In this document: piece by piece, positions 10,657 through 25,154 of the stretch
Layout of the letters: every line of letters starts with the position of its first letter
How positions within the stretch are numbered: the stretch's first letter is position 1
NCBI GenBank assembly: GCA_050575255.1
Contig: JBNZDD010013687.1
Location: 4,760,082-4,824,081, forward strand
Direction of reading: 5' to 3'
DNA: 64,000 nt
DNA from: Harriotta raleighana
Taxonomy: Eukaryota
Notes under the pieces: generated by a model
Told to the model about the DNA's origin: nothing
Database searches by the model: none
Seen by the model: only the letters and a program-made list of their open reading frames with translations
Translations under genes and position numbers: made by a program

Positions 10657-11535
10657 GTGAGTGTTTTTTTTTAATGTTTCTAAAAGATGAATTCCAAATA
10701 GAAAAATGGATTACTCATTATCAAACACATTACATATGTGAGTGCATCTTTAATCAACAGTTTTCAGGTTGTGTCTTTGCTGTGCATTGTCTATTAGAAG
10801 TAGCAATTTTCAAAATAACATTTATTTTTAATGATTTTAATGCTTATTTGCTGCATATTTGATGGCAATGATGATCTTGACTTTTTTAAATATGTGTTTT
10901 AGATTTCTAACAATAATGTGTTCTACTAGGGTTGTAGTATGTACGCAATCTACTCCTCTGAAGTACTTAATGAACTTCACAATTTATATACAATGATTCA
11001 AAGCACAGCTGTAACTTTGGATGATACAACATCCATTTTAGAATGAAATTGTATATTTCTTCAAGTTTTGGAACATTTTTGCAGTTGTGCAACAGTTGCT
11101 TCATTCTCTGTGGAATGTTTAAAGTTATAGCAGATGCATTGCCCAAATAAAAGTGCTACAGGTTAATGCTAATAAAGAATGTATTTCCTCAATATTGGAC
11201 AACAAATTACAAGACTACTTGATGGAAGAATTTGGAAAAATTCTAAACTCTTGTTTGGGTTTGTTTGAATATAATTATGTAAAAAAAATTAAGAGGACTT
11301 ATTGTTTACATTTGCACTTTTATATAGAAGTTAACAATTGTATTTGTCCAGTACTAACATAGTTTAATTTCTGCTAGGGTTTTGGTCTTTCACCTTGTTT
11401 ATCCCGGAAAAAGTGACAGGAGAGTAAAGGGCACACATACATTTCAATCAATAATGTTTTCAGTTTATAAATTAGACAAAATGTTTGGTTATTTGTTATG
11501 TATTACTTTGAAGCTAAATTTTGTTTTTCATTTAG

Positions 11536-11691
11536 GCAACAACATTACCGGAAAAATACAAACAAGGAAAGCTACATGCTTACAAGCTTATCTGTAAAAT
11601 CATGAAAAGACGCCAAGATGTTTCACCTAATTCTGATTTCTTGGTTCACTTCTACAATATAATGCACACTGGACTTTTAAATTCTGATCAG
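11536..11691 (+). CDS. RALGAPA1: RALGAPA1 exon
   Basis: tttag|; [35 protein letters not shown]; |gtgcgt. Confidence 0.95.
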
Positions 11692-12421
11692 GTGCGTTTT
11701 TCCCTGTTTGAAAATGTGAATCGCTGCTACTTTGTTTGAAGTGGTGGTGTCCTCAGTAACCTGACATAAATAAAATGAGCAGGAGAAGTAAGATTATAGC
11801 AGAATTGTACCACAACTTTATGATAACAGCCTTGATTATTTTGAAGTTTAAAGTGTGAAGTAAACTAGAAATTCAATCTAGCACAATGATCCAGGAAAAG
11901 TCTGGAGTGGAAGCAATAAAACTAACTGATTGGCGGGTGCCTGGCAGATGAGAAAGAGAAATGTAATTTAAAATAAGTGGAAGCAAGAAGATGGAACAAG
12001 CCAATTTGTTGTGCTTTGTATGTAAAACTAGGAATATAGATATCTTGTTAGGTGATTTGTGCAGTATCTACTGCCTGTCACTGAATACTTTTGTAGAACT
12101 GAAAATTTCTCGTGAAAAAGGAAAGTTTGTGATCAATGTTATTACAAATTAAGTGTTATTCAAATTCATCTTCTATCCTTCAATGCAAGGTAAAAGTTAG
12201 CATTAATGTTTTGCTGCTATAAGTGGAAGTTTATAGACAATTTTAGAATGCTCATTTACTGTAAAATGTGGCCTGCCAGCAAAGAAAATCCTTTAAATAT
12301 TCAACTCCATAACAACTTCATCTATTTGATTTTTACTGTTTAATAATTTGTGTATCGGGGAAATTTGTGTCCATTTTTGATTTCTATTTTAATACTTTCT
12401 TTGATTTTTAAAAAAATATAG

Positions 12422-12550
12422 GATATAGTAAATACAATCATCAAGCACTGTTCTCCAAGGTTCCTTTCTGTTGGGTTGCCTGGTGCTACCATGCTAATTT
12501 GGGACTTTATAGTTGCTGCTAGCAAAGTGACATCCTCCGCTTCACTCAAT
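12422..12550 (+). CDS. RALGAPA1: RALGAPA1 exon
   Basis: atatag|; [36 protein letters not shown]; |gtaggt. Confidence 0.95.
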
Positions 12551-12887
12551 GTAGGTCAACAGATATTTTACTATGATAGATTGGTGAAAATATGAAATTC
12601 CTAACAGAGAGGCTTTTGAAATTAAATTAATGTTATAATGAACAATGATGTGCTTCATGGATAGTACCATTAATTTTTGTGCTTAGACCATCTTGTCTTG
12701 TGTATATTATTTTGTTATTTTAATGTTTTATTTTGTGTATTGGCCACAAAATATCCAAATGCAAGGATTATTATTATTTGCATTATTAATATTGTTCTCT
12801 AAATATTGGCCTCTTGGCTAGAAAAAAAAGAATTTGATTTTTATTCTGTTTACATGAAAGATGTTGAGTCTATCTCGTTCATTTCAG

Positions 12888-13013
12888 GCTCCAAGAGTCG
12901 AAGCTCAGATTCTACTTGGTTCTTTAGTCTGTTTTCCAAATTTGTACAATGATTTTCCGACACTGCTGCCTTCTGTTGCTGAGATTTCATCCACAAAGTG
13001 TGAAGATGTCAAG
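12888..13013 (+). CDS. RALGAPA1: RALGAPA1 exon
   Basis: tttcag|; [24 protein letters not shown]; |gtaaaa. Confidence 0.95.
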
Positions 13014-13363
13014 GTAAAATAATATTCATACTACAGTGTCCTGTGTTAAGGTATTAACCACCCAAAGCAGAATTATATATTTATATTTTTTAATATTCAC
13101 CTGTTGTAATGTAGGCATTGTTGAAGATTGTGTGCCTTCCCTATTAACTAGTTCATTGGCACAATCTTCGAACTGCAGTTAGAAATCATTCCTACACTCA
13201 GTAATGCTAAAATACCTACTTCTTGCCCATGATTGTTTTCTTTTTTTAAATAAAACACAGAAATGGGCAAGTACAGTGGTTTCTGGTGCAATTTACATGA
13301 ATTGAAAATAAATTTGTTGCATAATTAATAATCTCCATATAATCGCCCCGTTTGTTATTGTAG

Positions 13364-13422
13364 GAACTTGTAGTGAAGAGCATTCTAAAGTCAGCAAGAG
13401 AAGAGCCTTCAGGTCCAGCTCG
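13364..13422 (+). CDS. RALGAPA1: RALGAPA1 exon
   Basis: tgtag|; ELVVKSILKSAREEPSGPA(R); |gtaagt. Confidence 0.93.
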
Positions 13423-13542
13423 GTAAGTTGAATATTTTTCGATTATATTGGTAATTACCTTATACTACCGAGTTTATCTTTTTGTTGTCTCTTGGGTGCT
13501 TGGGGGATAATTTTTCCCTTTTCAGGCACAGAATCCATTGTA

Positions 13543-13566
13543 CAATAAAATCCCGTTTATCCGGCC

Positions 13567-13607
<41 letters not shown>

Positions 13608-13972
13608 CCCCNCCACCGGGTCCGACTAGTTGACTGTGTGGATAAACGGGGGACAAGTTGCCAAAATCCCAACATAAAAAATTAACTTATTTTAAAACAT
13701 ACCATGTTAATAATAGACTAAATAGTAACAGAATATTGTATGGATTCTGACCAATAAAGCATTCCAGCACAGTCGGTTAAAAAATCTGTAAAACAGTATT
13801 TTTGTACCGATCGATTAAAAAAAAACCAAGTTCGGAAATTTACTAAGTCGTATGCGCACACATTGCACGCATGCGCAAAATGAGCAAACTCGCGATTCTG
13901 GAATGGGGAATTAACCCGGGAGGGGGTCGAGCAATCCGGTTGATCGGGTCACGAATGAATGAGGTTTTACTG
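13543..13972. mobile_element. Tigger/pogo-like MITE with TA flanks and an internal poly-C run containing one N
   Basis: TA-caataaaatcccgtttatccggc ... gaggttttactg-TA; left arm matches 23827-24050. Confidence 0.82.
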
Positions 13973-14048
13973 TATTAGAATCTGTATTCTGTGCATAGTA
14001 TTTAAGAATCTAATGTTTATTTGACTCATTACTATTGCTCTTTTTCAG

Positions 14049-14157
14049 ATGTGTTGCTCTTTGCAGCCTTGGCATTTGGCTTTGTGAAGAATTAGTACAG
14101 GACACTCAGCATCCTCATATCAAAGAAGCTTTGAACGTGATTTGCGTAACCCTGAAG
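14049..14157 (+). CDS. RALGAPA1: RALGAPA1 exon
   Basis: tttcag|; [28 protein letters not shown]; |gtaaaa. Confidence 0.95.
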
Positions 14158-14251
14158 GTAAAAGCGTTTTTTTGTTGTTGGAGCTTTCAAAGAAGATTGT
14201 GCAATACATTTAAATAGGAAAAACCAACACTTTTTTTTATTGTATTTGTAG

Positions 14252-14362
14252 TTCCCAAATAAAGCAGTTGCACAAGTCGCTTGTGATATTTTGCATTTAT
14301 TGATCAATTATGTGGACAAGCTTCAGAATTATCCACCAGATTCTCCCAAAAAACTTATTGAG
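14252..14362 (+). CDS. RALGAPA1: RALGAPA1 exon
   Basis: ttgtag|; FPNKAVAQVACDILHLLINY..DSPKKLIE; |gtgaga. Confidence 0.95.
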
Positions 14363-14560
14363 GTGAGACGTATTTTTTTCTTCTTTTTTCATTTAAGAAA
14401 TGGGACACTAAGCTCTAAGGCACATCTGAATGATTCTATTTGAATTGTATGAATTACATTTAACTTCAATCCTGAAAATTGTTTTGGAGTATAATAGATA
14501 CTGCTGTGTTTGCTTGGCTAGTTCATCTTTTATGAACCTTACTCACCTTTTTTTCTTCAG

Positions 14561-14629
14561 ATATTGATGGCGACTGTTACTTATTTACTGCCTGGGACAG
14601 AAGTATCACCACATGAACAAGATAAGAGA
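14561..14629 (+). CDS. RALGAPA1: RALGAPA1 exon
   Basis: cttcag|; ILMATVTYLLPGTEVSPHEQDKR; |gtaagc. Confidence 0.95.
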
Positions 14630-14753
14630 GTAAGCATGAGGCTAAAAGATCATTTTAATAAATGTATATGTCAGAGAAAGACATTTTATAAATAAATATG
14701 CTCCCAGGCTTGATATTTTTGTCAACTACTTTTTGTTTTATTCCATTTCACAG

Positions 14754-14888
14754 CTAGTAGTATCCCTGCTACTCTGCCTTTTGGACTGGTGTATGGTGCT
14801 GCCTTTAAGTACACTGCTTCAACCTGTACACACTGCAGGACAGGATAAAGATAAAGCTGACAAATCAGTTCTCAGTTGTATTTACAAG
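14754..14888 (+). CDS. RALGAPA1: RALGAPA1 exon
   Basis: tcacag|; [27 protein letters not shown]; |gtttgc. Confidence 0.95.
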
Positions 14889-14928
14889 GTTTGCAAATAT
14901 CTCTTATAACATAATATTGTTTTTATAA

Positions 14929-15192
<264 letters not shown>

Positions 15193-15357
15193 TAGCAAGA
15201 TCTGTCATCCAGTTCCCTCTTCCTTCAAAGATACAGAAACTTTATTATGAACATTTTGCTAACTATAGATTGCTCAACCTTTAATATACTGTTGGTATTA
15301 GATTCACTTTTTCTTCATATCTTCTAATATGTTACAATATTTTCTCAATGCACAACC

Positions 15358-15568
15358 ATAATAATAATAATCCCTTCAAAAAAAACACAATAATAAAATT
15401 GGTCATTTCAATCCACGACTGTTTGTGGGACACTGCTGTGCCCAATTGGCTGCCGCATTTGGCATGCAAATATTACAGTCAATTCACTTTACAGTATATT
15501 CTGTGAAGCGCTTTGAGACGTCTAGAAGATGTGAAAAGCACTATATCAAATGCAAGGATTATTATAAC
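15358..15568 (+). mobile_element. tRNA-SINE body and tail (head missing)
   Basis: High similarity to the 3' part of the copies at 6470 and 46859. Confidence 0.85.
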
Positions 15569-16224
15569 TAATATGTGACTTTGGTTTGAAAAAGTAATAT
15601 AGATTTGTGGAGTAACGCAAGGAATTTAGAGTGTTGTATAGAAATACCCTTTTTACTTTAAAAAAAAAATTGCTGACTAGATTGTATGCATAATACAATA
15701 TTTCACCCAAGTTTTTCAGAATAACCATCTAAGGAAAAATCTCTATGATGCATCAACACATTGCATTTATAGAGCACTCTTTTCTGTGATAATATATCAG
15801 CACTTTACAAAGTCACTCTTCCCATCTCAAGTCTTAATACTTTCCTTTCTGTCTCATAGTTTTATGAGATAAAATAATCCAAAAAAAATTCTGGGGTAAA
15901 GGAACACGTTTTTTGATAGTAGTAATAAATCCTTACATATATTATATACTGTTCATGTTGGGAGCATGCCTCAAAGTGTTCAGCAGGATTTACTGTAAAG
16001 TGTAGTGTCTGTAACATGCAAGTGAATGCAGCAGTAAATTTATGCTTATCAGAGTTTCACAAAATGCCTTTGGAATGAATACTGGGTAAATTCTGAGAAA
16101 TCCTTTGTCAGTCATCCAAGTGGAATATCTGTTAGTTGTCACTAGAGGGCAGCCTATGCCATTATTTATTTTAAATTGAGATAACTTCCTTGCAAACAGA
16201 TTCTTTCCAGAAATCGAATTCTTC

Positions 16225-16350
16225 TTTAGACTTCAGCCACTACGCCCAAATCTCTGGAACGCATTCCTTCAATCCCTCTACCTTGCCCCTCTTTCAAATC
16301 CCGCCTAAAGACCTTCCTTTTTGATCGTGTTTACAGCCACCTCCCTCTCC
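16225..16350 (+). mobile_element. LINE2 ORF2 C-terminal fragment
   Basis: ttcagccactacgcccaaatctctggaacgcattcc..ttcaaatcccgcctaaagacc (LWN..FKSRLKT motif); matches 17600-17690. Confidence 0.7.
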
Positions 16351-17394
16351 CCTGATTTAGTGTCAGAACTCTGTCACTGTGCTCCATAAATGAAAGTTGT
16401 TTTTCTTTGCATGTATTCGTGCAGATTGGTTTTGAGCTAAAGTTAAAAGCAAAGTCTTATTCTTTCTTTTTTGAAAAAAGCCTTTATTACTTGTTTACAT
16501 TTATATCGGACCACTTTGCAGCGCAGAAGAAAGCCATTTGGCCTATCGTGTTTACATTAGCTCTTTGAAAATGAAAAATAGCTTTCATAATTGGAATTTT
16601 TTAATTTCATAAATGTGTGAATGCCTATGCAACTTAATTTTTGACCTGCTAATCGTATCAACAAGTATCCATGGAGAATGTGTATCTCCTAGTTTTGTTT
16701 CCTATATAACGATGCCTTGGATTTATCTGTATTGAACGGCTAGTGATCAACCCAAGTGCATGTCAAGCATGTGTTGTACAATTTCAACTGTGGCCCTTGA
16801 TTCTTGGATTCCTCTAACTTGATGTTTGGAAATGAAATGTAGGACTTTACATTGGTCCTGCAAATCTACTCTAATAGCGGGTGTTCCAGAGTGGTCCTCA
16901 GCACAGTATCTTTCGTCTACCCCTCTTCTGTTCCCTTCCCCCCATCACCATTCCCTCCCCACACACACACGCGCTCTTTTCACCTGTTATAATTGTCTGC
17001 TTCCATAGTTCATAACCCAAAATCATGTCATACCTTTGACACTCAGTGGTACATACCAATTTATAAAGGAGGATTTTGTCTTTTGAAAGTCCAGGTACAC
17101 AATTTCATGTGACTGATTACTGTAGAATTGGATATTATCTTTCAGGGTACATAAAATCCTTACATTTAAAATGAATATTCAGAAGTGCTGCAATTTAGTC
17201 TTAAATTAAGTTTAAACAATTGTTGAAACATCTATAATATTGTCCCTTTGAGTGCTAAATCAAATATTTGTTTCTTTTGATCAACGGTTAACTTTTTTGA
17301 CATGGTGTTTTGCAGTATGTAGAATTCATGAATTGGTGTGCTTTTAATATACAGTAATTCATATTTTTCGAGCATGTGAACTAATTTTGTTAAT

Positions 17395-17842
17395 TTCAAA
17401 GCCCTCCACATCCTCACCCCGCCCTACCTCTACGACTTCCTAACCCGCTACCAACCTGCCCGCCCCCTCTGCTCAGTAGGTTTCAGCCTACTCCACATCC
17501 CCCAACCCAACAACAACTTCAATTTATATAGTGCCCTTCATGCCGGACAGCATCTCAGAGTGCTTTAACCCACCCACCCCACCATTGGTGGGCGAGCCTC
17601 AACTACTCTGCCCCCAACCTCTGGAACTCCACACTGCAGTCCCTCTGCCTCTCCTTAACCTCCTTCAAGTCCCGCCTTAAGACCATTCTCTTTGACGGTC
17701 CCATTGGTCACCTCAAATCCTCCACTTTCCCTCCACCGTCGCTGACCCTAGCTCAGGTCTGAAGCAATGACTGTGCAGAGATTTGGGATGTCCTCCTAAT
17801 GTGAATGGCGCAATACAAGTGTAATTTTGTTGTTGTTGTTGT
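17395..17842 (+). mobile_element. 5'-truncated LINE2 3' end with an antisense tail insertion at 17510-17566
   Basis: FKALHILTPPYLYDFLTRYQPARPL..NYSAPNLWNS..SFKSRLKTILF, followed by the (TTG)n tail. Confidence 0.85.
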
Positions 17843-19545
17843 GAGAACGACTAAGAAAAGATTACAGTGCCAGAAAGCAAACAAAAACATTGAAACTGAT
17901 GAGCTCAATATCTGTACAGCAGCCTTTATTTAGTGCTATTCACTATTAATGTTGAGTTTCCTTCAGGGCACCATAACGCTATTACAGATTTAATAAATGC
18001 TGAACCATTTGCAGTGGCTATGTGCTAACAGCAGGTGATTTTTCTTGCCTATAATATCTACATGCTGCTTTTCATAGGAAGAAAATTACTAATCATCACA
18101 GCTTTGTCTAAGGCATGTTTCGTTCTCATCAAGCAGTTTTGAGCCATTGGTGAAGTGCCAAACCACTCTTAAGCATAGCTGTCTCTAATAAGCTCAGCAT
18201 TGGATTCAACAAGCTTGATTGGTCGTTGTCAGTAGGATAAGAGGTTATTGCAAAATGCAACAGTGCTACAGTAAGACGTTGCCCATTTGTCGAATGGTAG
18301 TGTCCTCTTAGTAAAAAAAGATGGTCAGCTTCAGGCTTAGCCTTACACCCAATCAAAAGTAGATTTCAAGATTGTTTTGTCATTCTTGTATTTAAACAAT
18401 CTGTAAGGAATTCAACAAACAGAAATGATTACTTTCCAAAACATGAAATCCTTCAATAACTTATTTCTAGTTATTCACTTGTTCCTGCAAAGGCAGATTC
18501 TCCCCTTTCCAATATAGTTAATAATGGCTGTGCCCAGAAGGTGATTTCTGGTGGTAATCATCAGCCAAAACTGCCTTCTTTGCTCCACTGAAAGTAAGAA
18601 TTGCTTCATGGAAATCTTCAATCTATTTGGACTATAATGGTAAATGAAAACATTTTGCACTCTTATTCATTCATGAAAAAGATCTGATGTGTGAGATTAT
18701 TGCTATCTTGATGTTCTCCAACTTCTACTTGACTTGCAATCAAAACCAAATTCTATCTGCAGATAATCTTGAAATGCCATATTCATGTTGGGCTGCTTCC
18801 TGAGTGGAATCCTAGTGAGAAATATTAATATTTTTATCTAGTAAAGCCCCATTATAACCTGGGTGGCCTGTGGACCCACAACAGACTTCCTGCTTCCCTG
18901 ACATTTTTTTTTAAACTGAAGGGCACCTTCTGGGGCCAATTGCTGCCAATGCCTTTTCCAGTATGTTGCACGAGTGTGGTGCACAGAAAGTGATGTAGGG
19001 CAGTAGACCTAATGACCCAGAAGTTGTCTTTTTTTTAGCATGTTAAGTTGGCTGGCTTTCTGTGCTTATGCATTGTCACTGGTTGTATGATTGGGGACGT
19101 CATAATGCAGAGGTGCTGATGAATGATGTCATCCCATTATATGACTGCATTGTATGGATCTCCAAAGTTATAACTGCTTTGTAGTGCACTAAATCTCAAA
19201 ATTATTGCCCACCAATAATCCTCGCATTTGATATAGTGCCTATAATGTTGAATCATCTCAAAGCATTTCATAGATAATTGCTGTCAAGTCTAATAACTTT
19301 TTGTAGGCAAACTCTGCAACCAATTTGCATACAGCAGTCAACAATAATACAATTAATGCTCAAACTACCTTGAGGTATACTCTTGTATGATTCTACTGTA
19401 CCAAACTAAAATATTGTTCAAAAACTTTGTGACTCACGAGATGATAATTTATTTATTATTGCAACTGTTGGTGTTTTTAAATGTTTATAAGACAAGTTAC
19501 ATTTTCAACCATTTTTTAAAAAAACAACAAATGTTTATTTTACAG

Positions 19546-20410
19546 TGAGGAGCCGCATACAGCAGGGTTTGATCTCAGTTGCTGCCCGGACTGTGGTAAT
19601 TCATTTGGTGAATCATGTTGGTCATTACCCATTGGGTGGAGGTCCAGCAATGCTCACCAGCCTGATAAGTGAAAACCATGACAATCCTTTCACGGACTGC
19701 ACTGAGCTTTCTCCTGAGCTCTTTGAGAATCCAAATCTTCAATTTTTTGTACTGAATGGTACCACCCTGATTTCATACCTTGAAATTCCTGTTGAGGATA
19801 ATATTCCAGGAGGAGGGATGTCAGCTGGACTCACAACAGCTACCTCAAATGTTAGAGTGATAGTACGGGATATATCGGGTAAATACTCCTGGGATTCTGC
19901 AATCTTATATGGACCACCTCAGTACTGTCAACCAAGGCATGTTGCGCACAAGTTCACCAATGTCAATAAACAGGAACAGTTGGCTGAACCTGTTTTCAAT
20001 GAAAGTGAAATTGATGATACTGCTTTAACGGAGTATTTGGTACCTCAAGCTAAAAGAAGGTGTAGAGAAGTAGTGCCATCTTGGGATGCGATACGTGATG
20101 ATGAGGATGCCCTGGATGAGATGCTCCAATACCTGGGTTCCACCAGCCCAGAGTGTCTCCAGAGAGCTGGTGTGCAGCTGAATGTCCCAGCTCCACCCCC
20201 TGTCTGCATTTCAGAAAAACAGGAAAATGATGTTATGAATGCAATTCTGAAACAATACACTGAAGAGAAGGAGTTTGTGGAGAAGTTTAGCAACAACCTG
20301 AATATGAAAGCAATGGAACAGGAGGAATTTGGTCCACAGGAACCCCAGTCTGTATTTTACTATTGCAGAATGCTGCTGAATATTCTTGGCATGAACTCTT
20401 GGGATAAAAG
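19546..20410 (+). CDS. RALGAPA1: RALGAPA1 large exon (865 nt)
   Basis: ttacag|; (V)[40 protein letters not shown](R); AG|gtaggg. Confidence 0.97.
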
Positions 20411-23269
20411 GTAGGGACTAAAATGTGAGATATGGTGTATTTAATTATGAATGTGCCTAACTGGTTTGTCAATAGATAATTCTCTATATTACAGTGCCTC
20501 TTAACTGAAGTAGTTTTCTGAAAAGTATGTTTTGATAGATGTTCTCGTTGGATTTTTAAATTCTGAACATTCTATCAATCTTTTATAACAAAAAATTAAA
20601 TTGCCTTTATGGACTTCCAACAACCTTCCAGATTTTGAAGGGTCCAAATTAATTGAACTTCTTAAATCTTTTAGTCTCTTGTGCAATATGTAAATGTAAT
20701 GTATGTTGTTCTTTAAATCTTAATTTAAGAGTCAAAGGGCAGCTCATTGACACTTTGCTTAATCACAGAAAAAACTACCAAAAAGGAACACGAGAAATAG
20801 TGGTTATCGCATCACCACCAATGATGCAAAATGCCTGTTGTAGACTTCTAATGAGCCTTTGTTGTCAATTTAACCGTTGTTGTCAATTTATTGTCAGAGG
20901 AGAGAGTTAGATTCTGGAAGTTATTTTACCATCATTCTATTTGCAATTTATGTTGAGGCATTGAATCCCTAACTCTCAAGTTCTTCTACACGTGCTAATA
21001 TTGCTGAAAGTTTTTATTTTTGTTGAGAGTGACAATGCCGAACCAATATCCAAGTTAATTTAAAGAATGAATTGTTTTAAACCCACAGAAAAATTTTAAT
21101 TGGAGGAAAAATATTGTCATGACAAGCATTGCAAACAATTTATTGGAATGGAGTAAATATAAAATAACTGGTTGATAGTGCAACTATTTGTTCTGGTATT
21201 TTTCAATCTAAAGTACAACTCTTCCATTTTCTGGTGATTTTGCCTCTTTATATTATCTTTATTCTTGCAATTCAGTTCTATTAACTGCTGTTCCCATCAC
21301 TACTATACAGTGGTAAAATTTGCATAGAAAAACCTTTTGCTAAATTTTTTTTTTGCGAGAACTTCTTTTGTTGAAAAAATCAGCCACAAGCTATTTCAAA
21401 ATTACCTGCATTAGTTTTTATTGTGTCCAATTCTTTACATATTCATATGCTGTTTGAAACCATCAGTCACAATACACGATGAATGCCCATAATTAGCAAT
21501 AGACAGGGATAGCTCAGCAGGGATTCTTGCAATAAGTTCTTGCAATAAGGAAAACTAATTAAAAGAGCCACTATAAAAGTAGATAAAAAATGTTGCTTTC
21601 AATTATACAATTTACAGGAAGCCCACATAAATAGAAAAGGATGAATAGATGAACAATAGGTACATAAATAGGAAGAATAATTTTTTCTTTACGGATGAAT
21701 TGCAAGAGTTCCTCGTGATCAGTTTTCCCCCTCCTCTCCCCCCCCCCCACCACCTCCTCTGCTAGCCACCAGTGAATCCAAAATGCTTGTACCCCACAAT
21801 ACTGGTACAAGCTCCAGTAGGAAAATCACAACCTTTATTTTTCAAGTGGTCAACCCCTGCCCCAAGTTACTTAGCTCAGAATGTACAGAGAGCCTCTGAG
21901 ATTAAGGAACCTCCCTTTCAAACATGTGAGTAGCCGCTATTCAAGAAAATATCCATAGGTCAGTGAGAATCTCGACTGACTGCACAGCATGATCAGGCAA
22001 ATGTACTGAAATGGAAACACCACATCTATTCATTTTGTAGTAAACAATTCTGAAAACATGGTTTCTCTTTGTCTCTTCAATCTTTTCTATTTGTGTAGTG
22101 TTTGTTGTATGGGTTCACATATTTGTAGACTAATACAGTATTCAGTACCAGTTGTTTAAACTAGATGATAGAATAAAAGCATTAGCAAAATAGTGCAGTG
22201 ACTTGTTATTTGAGAGTTGTACGTTTTTAGTGTTCTGTTACAACGTAAAACAGTTTAAAGCAAATTCATGTGTATAAATTGTAGCACTGTCCATTTTTGA
22301 TGTGTACTCAGTCTCTTGAAGTGGTGTCTGTATCGGACATGCAAGCAATTTGATATAGGATTTATTACAGTATGTGGACCTAAACATTCTAGATACCTGC
22401 AAGTATTCAGTTTGGCCAAATAAGGATGAGTCAAAAAAGCAGGTCTGTGAATCGAGAAAATGATGCTATTTGTAACAGGATGGCCTTTGACACTTTCTTA
22501 ATTGAAGCAGCAGTATGTTTCAAAGCCATCGGTAGAATTATCTTCACTTGTCCAATGAGAAGAATTATATAATAGCCTCCTGTTGTGCTGTTCAAAGATT
22601 GAAAATGGAAGCTGTGCAATCAATAGTAAAACCTTGCTGTTGTGTTTGCTGTAGTTTGCTTTGTTCCAGGTAATAGTTTTCTGTTTTTACATTGAGGGTG
22701 ACTTTTAGTTTGTGTTGAACACTTGGAATCCTATATGTGGCACTGTCCTATATGGATAGTCTATATGGAAATCTGTGACTTTAATGATAATAAAAACAGA
22801 ATTCAGTAGTATGGCCTGATGATTACACGCATTTTAGACAATCAACATATCTAATTCAAGGGAGACATGTAAATGCCTGCTTTCACTTGGAGTTATTAAA
22901 GAGAACTCATCCAATTAAAATCAAAGAGGAAGACACTACTGAGTTGATTTTGATTTGGCTGTTTTCCTAATACTAATGTTGTAATTCTGCATGATTATGG
23001 TAGCTCTGGGTGGTGCAGCCTTATTATTCCAGCATTTATTGATACACACTTGTTACAATATACTTTTTTCTCTATGTGGACCTGGTGGTAGCTTTTTTTC
23101 CAGTCTCTTAACTGAGATCAATTTTTGATGATGAAAATCTACAGTAACAACTACATCTTCTTCCTAAACATTTTGCAATGAGCAGACTTGCTGTCAATTG
23201 TAAATAATTGTTATCAACCATGCTCATCTTTGGTAAATCCATCCGTTTACTGGTAATAATAAATTGTTA

Positions 23270-23362
23270 TAATAATCCTTGCATTTCACGTCTTCTAGAC
23301 GTTTCAAACCACTTCACAGAATATACTGTAAAGTGAATTGACTGTATTTTTGTGGGCGGAAA
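23270..23362 (-). mobile_element. tRNA-SINE 3' fragment
   Basis: Reverse complement of the SINE tail (aataatccttgcattt..gtgaattgactgtattttt). Confidence 0.78.
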
Positions 23363-23418
23363 CCCCCTGTTTAGGTGTTATGTACACCTAAACAGAATTT
23401 TTTTATTTTGTATTTTAA

Positions 23419-23517
<99 letters not shown>

Positions 23518-23826
23518 TAAATATTGCTTTAAAGATGCTAAATATTTTGGAAAAAGTAGTGCATTAATGTAGAAAATGTCTCCCCAGGTCTTCAGTGAGT
23601 GTTCCCATTACTGTCTGAATATGAATCCTGTATTTTATTCTTCACTGAGAATAATGTGGGCAAAGCTGTATTTCCTTAAATTCTATAGAATTATTTAATT
23701 TATTTGAACCCTGAAGTGTGAGCATGGAAAAGTTAATATCCACTGGATACTGTGCAACAACCAGAAGGTTACAATTTGCATAAATCAAGGCAACTGTTAC
23801 CCTCACCTTTATGTAAGAACCTTATA

Positions 23827-24214
23827 CAGTAAAACCCCTGTTTATCTGGCTGGCTCGGAGGGTCGACTAATTGACTGTGGCAGATAAATGGTGGACAAGT
23901 TGCCGAAAACCCAACATAAAAAATTAACTTATTTTAAAACATACCATGTTAATAATACACTACATAGTAACTGAATATTGTATGGATACTTGCCAATAAA
24001 GCATTACAGCACAGTCAGGAAAAATCGGTAAAACCGCATTTTTTACCGATCGGTAAAAGTACTAATACAATATTCTGTTATTATTTACTCTATTAATATG
24101 GTATGTCATTTTTTATTAAATGTTTTTAAAAAATGTTAAATCCATTCAACCGGAAAAATCGTTTAACCGCCACTGGCCAGGTCCCGTGAGTGCCGGATAA
24201 ACGAGATTTTACTG
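23827..24214. mobile_element. Complete 388-bp Tigger/pogo-like MITE
   Basis: TA flanks at 23825-23826 and 24215-24216; TIRs cagtaaaacccctgtttatctggc / gccggataaacgagattttactg; internal inverted arms. Confidence 0.9.
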
Positions 24215-24736
24215 TACTGAGTAGTTGGTGAGTCAAGAGCTTGCTGGTTAAGCAAGGGTCTGTTGCACCTGAATGGAAGTCAAGAATCACTTTAGATTCA
24301 TTTTCTAAGGCATCAAGTTATAACACCTTAATTAGACAGTATTGTTTAGATTTATCTTCCAGAGAAGATGCTTGTTTTGGCACATTTGTCCTTAACACAG
24401 GTTGAAAAATCAAATTGTAAGGAGTCCATCCCATTTTGTTTGGCACTAATGTGGCGTTATCTTGATGTATGTGAAAAATAAATGAATGAGGAAGAAAGTT
24501 GGATTAACCACCCTCATTCTTTTATTACACTTAATCTTTCACATCCCTAACCCTGTCTCCCTGCCCACTGTTTCTCAGCCTCTGATTTGAAATGTAGACA
24601 TTTTAATGGACTATTCTAGCAGAGCCCAAATCAGAAATTATGATTTGTGAAAGGCAACATAGAAACCTAACATTTTCTTTTTGAACTAAATGTGTGGTTT
24701 AACTGTAATTTAATTTTCTTGTTTGCATCAGGTTAA

Positions 24737-24922
<186 letters not shown>

Positions 24923-24998
24923 TAAATATAATTTTGTTAAAAATAAAGCTGTTTGCACTTCATTTTTATTATTTCTATTCTGCTCTTTTTTGATTCAG

Positions 24999-25154
24999 GT
25001 CAATCTTACAAATCATTGTGGCTTTATGGGTGGATTGCAACGAAATAAAAGCACTGGCCTTTCAACTCCTTACTTTGCTACGTCTACAGTAGAAGTAATG
25101 TTTCATGTATCGACAAGAATGCCTTCAGATTCAGATGATTCCTTGACAAAAAAG
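24999..25154 (+). CDS. RALGAPA1: RALGAPA1 exon (GAP domain)
   Basis: attcag|; [34 protein letters not shown]; |gtatgt. Confidence 0.96.

Noticed and set aside
13460-13685. Poly-Gly and poly-Pro ORFs
   Set aside because: Caused by a poly-C run containing an N inside a MITE; the run length is probably unreliable.
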